Source: a virus
Virus record (IMG/VR): IMGVR_UViG_3300021171_000004
Location: 31,524 to 95,523 of that record
Reading direction: 5' to 3' (one strand)
Length of the DNA: 64,000 nucleotides
Shown: positions 57,214-64,000 of the stretch, in pieces
How the letters are laid out: every line of letters starts with the position of its first letter
Numbering within the stretch: position 1 is the first letter of the stretch
Position numbers and translations under genes: made by a program
Notes under the pieces: generated by a model
The model's input: the letters and a program-made list of their open reading frames with translations, nothing else
Told to the model about the DNA's origin: nothing
Databases searched by the model: none

Positions 57214-57395
57214 TTGTTTCCGAGCTAATCAAAGAACTTCAGAAACAAAATCCTAATGCTAGAGTTTTTCATGCTTACGACGGTGATGTTGTGGTGGAAG
57301 AATCTGGAATTGTGGAAGGAATTGAAAGAGAAGAACAGATTGGTATTTGTTGGTGGCGAGTTCAGGTAGGGGATGTTGTTATTTTGAGTGCTTAA
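57210..57395 (+). CDS. Hypothetical protein
   Basis: 'MIVSELIKELQK.NPNA' is a common small phage protein start; coupled on both sides. Confidence 0.6.
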   Translation: MIVSELIKELQKQNPNARVFHAYDGDVVVEESGIVEGIEREEQIGICWWRVQVGDVVILSA

Positions 57396-59239
57396 TGTAC
57401 ACTCCCAAACAAATCAACGACCTGAAATCCGACCTGTCACTCTGGCAGTTGGTACAGGAGCGGGTTCCTTCGCTCGAACAGGTCGGGCAGGAGTTTAAAG
57501 GAATTTGCCCGTTCCATTCGGAGAACACGGCTTCGTTCACATTGCGGACAGACGACGGGGTGTGGCTATTTAAGTGTTTTGGTTGCGGAAAACAGGGGAA
57601 TGTTTTACAGTTTATTCAGTATGTGGACAACATCAGTTTCAACCAAGCCGTAGAAAAAGTAGCCAACTTTCTAGGTTGGAAGAGAGGAAAAGAAAGTGTC
57701 GAACAAACCTTTAAGCCCCTCAAGGAAGAAAAAGAAGCCGTTACCATCCCAATCGATAGACTCGCTGAGGCAGAGCGTGCTCTTGCAAATTCAGCAGTTG
57801 GATTGGGTTGGCTTAAATCGCGTGGCCTTACACTTAGCACTGCAAAAAATTTCCACATCGGGTATGTCCAATCCGCCAAAGCAGTCAATCCTCACCATCA
57901 GTGGGTCGGAGAAGGATGGATACTATTTCCGACTATAGACGGCGATAAAATAACGGCTTTGAAATACCGCTCAGTCAAGGCCAAGGATTTCCTGTACAAA
58001 ACAGGAATGAAAACCAGTCTGTTCAATCTCCAGAATGTGGATCCATTTGAGGACTGTTTTGTGGTGGAAGGCGAGCCCGACGCCATGGTTTTGGCGCAGG
58101 CGGGATTCGTCGCTGTAGCGTACCCAGGAGCCAGCTATAACCCTACGCCCGACGAACGGGACGCGCTCACACGGGCCAATCGTATTTTTTTGGCGGGCGA
58201 CATGGATAATCCCGGCCAAGCCGCTATGACGAAGCTCTGGACCGAATTACGCGAACGAACCTTTAAAATCGAATGGCCGCAAGGAATGAAAGATGCTAAT
58301 CAAACCTATTTGGAAAAGTGCGCAGGTGATGTGGAAGTTTTTAGGCAGGAAGTCGAGGCTCTCAAGAAAAAAGCACTCGAACAACCGATCCCTTTCGTCT
58401 ACGATCTCCGGCAAACCCTCCGCGGGGCGGCTTACACGAAGCCCATGGATGACCCTGCCAGATTGAGATTTCCGTGGTCTAATATCGACCCATGGTGTGC
58501 AGTTTTACCAGGGGATATTATGGCGGTCTCTGCGACCGAAACGGGCACGGGAAAAACAAGCTGGGTGATGGACATCCTTTTGGAAAATACCGTGAAGTAC
58601 GGAAAAGTAGCTGTAAACTATTCGGGAGAGGTTCCTCCGAAACAGTATTCAGTTCGCGCTGCTGCGTATCTTTTGCAGAAAAATAAAGACGAAATTACCG
58701 AGCAGGATTTGCACACGGCGGCGGATCTTCTGAAAGATGCCCAGTTTTACAACGGCTACAAGCCGGGCGCGAATTGGCGCGAAGTCATTGAACTTTTGGA
58801 ATGGGCAAAGCGGCGGCTTGGCGCAGATATTTTAGTGGTGGACCACCTGCATTTTCTTACCCGCTCCGAACGGGACGAAACCCGGGCGCAGGCCGAAGCC
58901 ATGCGGATGCTCAAAGATTTAGCCGTGAAATACAACGTGATTATGATTGTTTTGGGCCAGCCGCGAAAACCTCTTGCAAACCACCGCGGCAGGGAGGCCG
59001 TGACACAGGATTTAAAAGGCAGCGAGAGCTTCGGCTCAGACGCCAGCCAAGTTTTTATTTTACACCGTGACCGAAAATCCAATGGGGACGACGAAAACAT
59101 GCCTATTTTCGATCCTGTGTGTAAGATTAAGCTTGATAAAAGTAGAGAATCAGAGCCCCGTGCAACTAAGCTTTTCTTTGACGGCGCTAGGTGTACATTT
59201 GGTTTGTTAGAAAGAAACTATAATGAGTATGAGCAATAG
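57395..59239 (+). CDS. Primase-helicase (CHC2 zinc finger, Toprim, DnaB-like)
   Basis: 'CPFHSENTASF..CFGCG', 'VVEGEPDA', 'GDMDNPG', 'ATETGTGKT', 'VVDHLH'. Confidence 0.9.
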   Translation: MYTPKQINDLKSDLSLWQLVQERVPSLEQVGQEFKGICPFHSENTASFTLRTDDGVWLFKCFGCGKQGNVLQFIQYVDNISFNQAVEKVANFLGWKRGKESVEQTFKPLKEEKEAVTIPIDRLAEAERALANSAVGLGWLKSRGLTLSTAKNFHIGYVQSAKAVNPHHQWVGEGWILFPTIDGDKITALKYRSVKAKDFLYKTGMKTSLFNLQNVDPFEDCFVVEGEPDAMVLAQAGFVAVAYPGASYNPTPDERDALTRANRIFLAGDMDNPGQAAMTKLWTELRERTFKIEWPQGMKDANQTYLEKCAGDVEVFRQEVEALKKKALEQPIPFVYDLRQTLRGAAYTKPMDDPARLRFPWSNIDPWCAVLPGDIMAVSATETGTGKTSWVMDILLENTVKYGKVAVNYSGEVPPKQYSVRAAAYLLQKNKDEITEQDLHTAADLLKDAQFYNGYKPGANWREVIELLEWAKRRLGADILVVDHLHFLTRSERDETRAQAEAMRMLKDLAVKYNVIMIVLGQPRKPLANHRGREAVTQDLKGSESFGSDASQVFILHRDRKSNGDDENMPIFDPVCKIKLDKSRESEPRATKLFFDGARCTFGLLERNYNEYEQ

Positions 59240-59732
59240 TGGGCGTTTTTGGAGAAACGGGAAAAAGAAGTGCCCTAAATGTGGAAAAAGGAAGCCTGAG
59301 ACCGAATATTATAAGAGCAAATCCAGTGTGAATGGATCAAACACTGAAGGTTTTATCGGATGGTGCAAGACATGCCACAATCACAAAGGGCTCCTCTATA
59401 GGAGGGGAGTCAAAAGACTAGTTTTTTCTTGGTACGGAGGAAAGTGTATTTGTTGTCAGGAACGATGGATTGATTTTCTCACCCTCGACCATGTAAACGA
59501 CGATGGGTACAAAGACAATATACTTGACCATAGAGGGATTCGGCGCAGGCTTGGAGGATGGACGGAGTATTTGAGAATTAAAAATCTGGGGTATGAAAAT
59601 CGACCAAAAGATCGGCAGGTTCTCTGTTTTAACTGCCAATGGGGGAAGGTGATTAATAAAGGATTTTGTTCTCACCATCCAAGAATAGATTTGCGAATCA
59701 GAAAGGAACTACATGAGTACGAGACGAACTGA
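59223..59732 (+). CDS. HNH homing endonuclease
   Basis: 'CPKC..K...EYY..WCKTC' and 'YGGKCICC..LTLDHV..VLCFNC'. Confidence 0.75.
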   Translation: MSMSNSGRFWRNGKKKCPKCGKRKPETEYYKSKSSVNGSNTEGFIGWCKTCHNHKGLLYRRGVKRLVFSWYGGKCICCQERWIDFLTLDHVNDDGYKDNILDHRGIRRRLGGWTEYLRIKNLGYENRPKDRQVLCFNCQWGKVINKGFCSHHPRIDLRIRKELHEYETN

Positions 59733-59845
59733 AGCCGCAGACTTAGTGGACGGCCACATGGCCCAGCGGCTTTACGATTTGCAACGCGACCCCGTTAGAT
59801 ACCAAGAAATGTGGGCACGTCTAGAAAAACAAGCAGAGGAAATAA

Positions 59846-60526
59846 ATGAACGAAGCCATCCAAGTTCTAGCTTCACAAAGTGAACAGCTAGTCGCGCATC
59901 CAAGCAGTATTTTCGAACAAATCGACTCGCTCATCCAAAATCTTTTATCCGCAGAATCCCGATTGGACCACGGATACGCGAAACTCGGTCTTCTGCTTAC
60001 CGAAGTGTCCGAACAGGAACTTTGGCGCGAAGCTGGATTCGAATGTTTCGATGATTATTTGGTCGAAACCGCCGACAAACACCATCGCGGACGCACAATG
60101 CTTTGGCATTATTTTACGGCTGTTCGAGAAATGAAACCCTATCTCACCGAAGGCCAGATGAACGAAATGGGGATTTCGAAACTCGGGGTGCTCAAAAAAG
60201 CCACGAAGGAATTGGGCTTTCCGCCGAACCAAGAAGTAATCGATACGGCGCTCGACCCGAAAAAAACTGTTTCGGACGTGCGCAAAGCTGTCGCGCAAAA
60301 TCATAAATTAACAGAGCCAGAGCAGGAAGGCAGTTGGTTCGATCTCGGCGGATTTTTCGTGACGAACGAGGAAAAATTAGTAATCAAGGAAGGTTTCGAG
60401 GCTAGTTGGAGAACGGATCCCGTAATCCAAAAGTCCGTGAAGGAAACGGTTCGCACGAAAGAAGGTTTGCTCCGGCTGTGCATGGACTATCTCAGTTCAC
60501 ATAGTGAACAAGGTGAAGCGGCGTGA
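59846..60526 (+). CDS. Helical DNA-binding protein, DUF3102/plasmid-partition-like
   Basis: 'LGLLLTEV..ELWREAGFECFDDYL..GRTMLWHYF..MGISKL'; recognised by eye only. Confidence 0.45.
   Translation: MNEAIQVLASQSEQLVAHPSSIFEQIDSLIQNLLSAESRLDHGYAKLGLLLTEVSEQELWREAGFECFDDYLVETADKHHRGRTMLWHYFTAVREMKPYLTEGQMNEMGISKLGVLKKATKELGFPPNQEVIDTALDPKKTVSDVRKAVAQNHKLTEPEQEGSWFDLGGFFVTNEEKLVIKEGFEASWRTDPVIQKSVKETVRTKEGLLRLCMDYLSSHSEQGEAA
60495..60509. repeat. Dispersed palindrome (perfect copy)
   Basis: gttcacatagtgaac. Confidence 0.85.
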
Positions 60527-60717
60527 AGGCCGAAGACAAGTACGAATACGAACTCATCACCGACCGGGTAGCTAAGAAACTAAATATGATGTCCGAATCC
60601 CGGTTGGCGGAAAAAGTAAATCAAGCGTGTCTGACCTCTGGATTCGGGAGAGAAGTTTTGCGACTGAATACGCGGGATGTGAAATTTCTAACAGATTGCG
60701 GGGTTAAGGTGGAATGA
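60523..60717 (+). CDS. Hypothetical protein
   Basis: Coupled ORF. Confidence 0.5.
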   Translation: MKAEDKYEYELITDRVAKKLNMMSESRLAEKVNQACLTSGFGREVLRLNTRDVKFLTDCGVKVE

Positions 60718-61055
60718 AGTCCAAACACTTCCTTATCGAGTTCCCCGCTCTTTCGCACTATGTAGTTCATGTCGAAATCAGTTCGGACATCAAGAAATCC
60801 CTATTGAAGTATCCGCCGACGAAAAGTATTGAAATGGAAGAAAATACTCATGGATTGGCGGTCCACACGGACAATGCTTTTAGCTACATTTTTCTTCCGT
60901 ACGACACGTCCGCAGGAGATATCGCGCACGAAGCGTGGCATGTGATTCGGCACATGATGGAATATTTAAGTATCGAACTAGACAACGAAGCCGTAGCCTA
61001 CCATCTTGGTTACATGGTGAACAAAATTTTCAGGTTTTTGCGTGGGCGGAAATGA
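60714..61055 (+). CDS. Small zincin-like protein
   Basis: HEAWH...NEAVAY motif. Confidence 0.6.
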   Translation: MKSKHFLIEFPALSHYVVHVEISSDIKKSLLKYPPTKSIEMEENTHGLAVHTDNAFSYIFLPYDTSAGDIAHEAWHVIRHMMEYLSIELDNEAVAYHLGYMVNKIFRFLRGRK

Positions 61056-61402
61056 GCAAAGTCTGGGTCCAACTCGGGGATAACGGCGAGGCTGTTCGGA
61101 TTTTCAAGAATCAAAAGGAAATGTTTTTCAGTTGCCCGGTGGATCGCGAAGCCTGTATGGAACGGTCGGTTGCTACGGGACAGATTCGAGCGGCTATCTG
61201 GGCCCGGCAGAATGGAATCTGTATTCGATGCCCGAATCTGCTAACCAGTGGTGGAATGCACATGCACGAAAAGGCACATCGCGGGCGTGGTGGCGATATT
61301 TCCCTCGAAAATTCCGAGGGATTATGTTACCAATGCCATCTAGGAGAATTGGGTGTGCATCCAGAGAAACAACTCATGTTCACAAAGCGGAGGGACAAGT
61401 GA
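61052..61402 (+). CDS. HNH-like nuclease
   Basis: 'CIRC..HMHE..RGRGG...LENSEGLCYQCH'. Confidence 0.65.
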   Translation: MSKVWVQLGDNGEAVRIFKNQKEMFFSCPVDREACMERSVATGQIRAAIWARQNGICIRCPNLLTSGGMHMHEKAHRGRGGDISLENSEGLCYQCHLGELGVHPEKQLMFTKRRDK

Positions 61403-61638
61403 CTTTTCCTTACACGCACCAGTGCACAGATGATTGTGAGCTAATTTTAGAGCCCGTTCCGGGGGCAGACGCGTGGCCTCGCCGCCTTTTGTGCCAAACG
61501 CACGGCTACCCCGGAGAACGCCGCAACGAAACGATTCCGAACACAGCGGAACTCGAAAAACGGAATAACTATGTAGAAGAAATAGCTTCGCCTGCGGACG
61601 TGTACGAAATCGGTGGAAAGGAAGTTTCGCAGTACTAA
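61399..61638 (+). CDS. Hypothetical protein
   Basis: GTG start overlapping the previous stop. Confidence 0.45.
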   Translation: MTFPYTHQCTDDCELILEPVPGADAWPRRLLCQTHGYPGERRNETIPNTAELEKRNNYVEEIASPADVYEIGGKEVSQY

Positions 61639-61766
61639 TTTATGGAATGCCCGAACTGTAGTAGCCAAAACATTCACGCGCACGACACTTATTGTGACGA
61701 TGAACATGAAGAAGGCGATTGCTTTTCTTTTTATTGCGATGAGTGCGGAGAAGGATTCGACAACGA

Positions 61767-62363
61767 ATGAGTTTACGTCCCGCACTCGTCCATTCCTGTT
61801 TTGACCAGAATCGCGTGTTCCAGTTCATGGAGCCCTTCTTCTCTGCGAACCTAACCAAAGCGGATTTAAGGGAACTTTGGGAACAGGCGTCGGCACATCT
61901 CGGAGAAATACGGCCAAAAAATTGCCGCTGTTCTTACCGAGTGACCGTGGAAGAAGCCGATCTTTTGGTGAAAAACGGAATCGCAGATTATCTGATTACG
62001 GATTGGCGATACAACGAGGAAAAGAAAACATTTTTTCCTGCGCCGAATCTGAATTTGGTTTGGGGCGGAAAACAAGCCGAAGATTTAGGATTAATCAAGG
62101 CTTCGTACGCAGCGAAAACGCCAAGGGTGATGACTTTGGAGCGGGCAAACTTGGAACGAGCGTACGTGGACGGACGACAGGATGAAATCGACAGAATCGA
62201 AATCTGGGGAGAGTTAGCCCGAGAAGTCATAGCCGACCTGACGACCGAATATTGGCCCGAACTGGACGATCCGTTCAAAGGCCGGGCGGTGCTTCCGCTA
62301 ATCGGATTTGACCAGCGCTCGCAGCCAGGAAAAAGTGTTGACAAAGACTCTGGAATTTGGTAG
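61767..62363 (+). CDS. Hypothetical protein
   Basis: Long ORF within the operon. Confidence 0.6.
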   Translation: MSLRPALVHSCFDQNRVFQFMEPFFSANLTKADLRELWEQASAHLGEIRPKNCRCSYRVTVEEADLLVKNGIADYLITDWRYNEEKKTFFPAPNLNLVWGGKQAEDLGLIKASYAAKTPRVMTLERANLERAYVDGRQDEIDRIEIWGELAREVIADLTTEYWPELDDPFKGRAVLPLIGFDQRSQPGKSVDKDSGIW

Positions 62364-62371
62364 GGTAAGGT

Positions 62372-62875
62372 ATGAGTAGTCAAGAAAAATTCATAATTGC
62401 TTATTTGTTCGTGATTCTTATTCTCGTTGGGTTCGTGGCAGGCTACCAGGCTGGTCACCCAGTGAACAAAAAGTGTGATTGCGGAAACATCTGCTCCACG
62501 ACGAGTTCACATTGTGAACTAAAAGAGTGCCCGAAGCACAAAACCGCAGGCGAGCCGCTTTCGAACAAACAACTCCAAGCGTGGTTTGACGGCTTGAACG
62601 AAGAATATTTTATGAGCCGCCTGCCCAGAGCCGCCGTGACGTGGGGCGATCTCACGATTTTGAAAGATATGGGCGTCACGATGCACCCCGAAGGAAATTT
62701 CATAATTATTATTGACCGGGACACAAACCGAACCAAGTCAACCACGGAAGAAACTATTTCGCACGAAACCTGTCACGTAGCCACATGGGATTTGGAAATG
62801 GATGCGCACGGACCAAAATTCCAAGCCTGTATGGTGAATCTGGCAAACAAAGGTGCGTTCGAGGGGATATGGTAA
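62372..62875 (+). CDS. Membrane-anchored SprT-like metalloprotease
   Basis: N-terminal TM; 'LNEEYF..LP', HETCH, 'HGPKFQ'; promoter TTGACA-N17-TAGGGT at 62338-62366. Confidence 0.7.
   Translation: MSSQEKFIIAYLFVILILVGFVAGYQAGHPVNKKCDCGNICSTTSSHCELKECPKHKTAGEPLSNKQLQAWFDGLNEEYFMSRLPRAAVTWGDLTILKDMGVTMHPEGNFIIIIDRDTNRTKSTTEETISHETCHVATWDLEMDAHGPKFQACMVNLANKGAFEGIW
62505..62519. repeat. Dispersed palindrome (perfect copy)
   Basis: gttcacattgtgaac. Confidence 0.85.
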
Positions 62876-62935
62876 ATCCAGACAGTCCATGGAACTGCTA
62901 CTCTTGGGTCCCAAAAGGCATGGAAAACATACAAG

Positions 62936-63157
62936 ATGAAAACGAGCCGCAAGATTCTGTTCGAGTGTTGCCGACTTTTGATGATGGAAATCCAGGAGCA
63001 GAAACACTCCCGGGAAGCGCTGATTCGGGCGCTAATCAGAGAGGAGGCACAGCCAGTAAAAATACCGACTGACGATGAAGTGAATGAGCGTATAAATCAG
63101 CTTCAGGAGGTGGCTAAAAAGAACTTGACAAACCAAAAAGAGGGTAGTAAACTGTAG
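62936..63157 (+). CDS. Hypothetical protein
   Basis: Short helical ORF. Confidence 0.4.
   Translation: MKTSRKILFECCRLLMMEIQEQKHSREALIRALIREEAQPVKIPTDDEVNERINQLQEVAKKNLTNQKEGSKL
63125..63153 (+). promoter_or_regulatory. sigma70-like promoter
   Basis: TTGACA-N17-TAAACT. Confidence 0.55.
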
Positions 63158-63223
63158 TAGAAATAGCATCATCACGGGGGCTGTTTCGCCGTGGCGGTGG
63201 GGCAGCCCCACTTCAAAGGAAAA

Positions 63224-63796
63224 ATGACCGAAAAAACCAAATCCATTTTTGCTTTCTTCGTCGGCCTGCTTTTGCTGATTTTGATTGCTGCGCTCGGGTC
63301 TCCGGCTAGTTCACATAGTGAACCCGCACTTAGATTTATGCCCGTGCCTCCGAAACTGGAATATAGCATTTTCCGCACGGGCGGGCTCGAAGTCGCAAAA
63401 GTTTTTGGGCGCACGCAAGGCTGCTACGAGGCGGATGCAGAATTAATCGAAGAAGTGAATTCGGCGGCGACGCGAACGGGACTCGATCCAAAAATAGTGG
63501 CCGCAACCGTAGCGGTGGAGTCTGGGTGTAACCAACTGGCGATTTCCAGCCGAGGGGCTGTAGGGTTAATGCAAATCCGGCCTGCCATTTGGTGCGAAAA
63601 GTACGATTGTACGAAAACATACAATTTTCTGAATCGACACGATAACGTACAAGTCGGTGTTTTCATCCTGTCCGATCTAGTGAACCAGTATGGAATTCAG
63701 GAAGGTGTGCGCAGATACCAAGGAATTGGCCGAGGCTGTGAAACCTGCGATGATTTGTATGCAGAGAAAATTTTGAAGTTAGCGGGGAGGAAGTAA
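63224..63796 (+). CDS. Lytic transglycosylase (SLT) with N-terminal signal/TM
   Basis: 'VAVESG', 'AISSRGAVGLMQI', 'NVQVG', 'RRYQG'. Confidence 0.85.
   Translation: MTEKTKSIFAFFVGLLLLILIAALGSPASSHSEPALRFMPVPPKLEYSIFRTGGLEVAKVFGRTQGCYEADAELIEEVNSAATRTGLDPKIVAATVAVESGCNQLAISSRGAVGLMQIRPAIWCEKYDCTKTYNFLNRHDNVQVGVFILSDLVNQYGIQEGVRRYQGIGRGCETCDDLYAEKILKLAGRK
63309..63323. repeat. Dispersed palindrome (perfect copy)
   Basis: gttcacatagtgaac. Confidence 0.85.
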
Positions 63797-64000
63797 TGGA
63801 AAAACTCAAGATTGTATCTCGATGGGACAGTAACACGATTTTATATCAAGCAGAAGCCGAATCTTTTCGGGCGTTAATTTTAGCTGCGATTAAGAGCAGT
63901 GCGAACCTAAGCAGTGCGGACCTAAGCGGTGCGGACCTACGCAGTGCGGACCTAGGCGGTGCGGACCTAGGCGGTGCGAACCTAGGCGGTGCGGACCTAC
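63796..64000 (+). CDS. Pentapeptide repeat protein (truncated by the window end)
   Basis: MEKLKIVSRWD... followed by ANLSS ADLSG ADLRS ADLGG repeats (15-bp tandem). Confidence 0.8.
   Translation, partial: MEKLKIVSRWDSNTILYQAEAESFRALILAAIKSSANLSSADLSGADLRSADLGGADLGGANLGGADL

Noticed and set aside
7772-63323. Palindrome interpreted as a LexA box, canonical parS or matS
   Set aside because: It differs from the GTTC-N7-GTTC direct repeat, GAAC-N4-GTTC, CTGT-N8-ACAG, parS (TGTTTCACGTGAAACA) and matS (GTGACRNYGTCAC), so it was left unassigned.
7772-63323. Palindrome copies or the Cas4-like nuclease interpreted as a CRISPR system
   Set aside because: The copies are dispersed at irregular kb-scale distances inside genes, with no repeat-spacer array and no other cas genes.
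63895-64000. 15-bp tandem repeat interpreted as a non-coding repeat array
   Set aside because: It is explained by in-frame pentapeptide repeats.
1-64000. tRNA/rRNA genes, integrase and att sites
   Set aside because: None were recognised by eye; tRNAscan-SE or Infernal would be needed to exclude atypical RNA genes.

Overview
The window is about 64 kb of a tailed dsDNA phage genome, truncated at both ends. Podovirus-like morphology is inferred from tail-tube/nozzle-like and internal ejection proteins, with no tape measure, sheath or integrase seen. Bases 1-35.5 kb hold the virion module: terminase C-terminal part, portal, scaffold, major capsid, adaptors, nozzle, fibres and ejection proteins. 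It is interrupted by several HNH/endonuclease VII genes and by five minus-strand islands, each with its own sigma70-like promoter. Bases 35.5-48 kb carry lysis-like, DNA-modification and nucleotide-metabolism genes: Dam-type MTase, RecA, HldA/RfaE-like kinase, ThyX, two NDT-like proteins, NUDIX, dCMP deaminase and DUF5664. An IS1595-family element with passenger genes (44217-46268, 8-bp TSD) splits one NDT-like gene. Bases 48-64 kb carry replication and recombination genes: family A polymerase, ERF, SSB, UvrD, PD-(D/E)XK nuclease, DUF1376 initiator and primase-helicase. The most striking unexplained signal is a 15-bp palindrome, GTTCAC-NNN-GTGAAC. It occurs as 8 perfect and about 11 one-mismatch copies, mostly inside coding sequences, and sits at an identical position in two promoters. 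This suggests an undescribed site-specific DNA-binding system. All protein calls come from motif recognition by eye; no searches were run.
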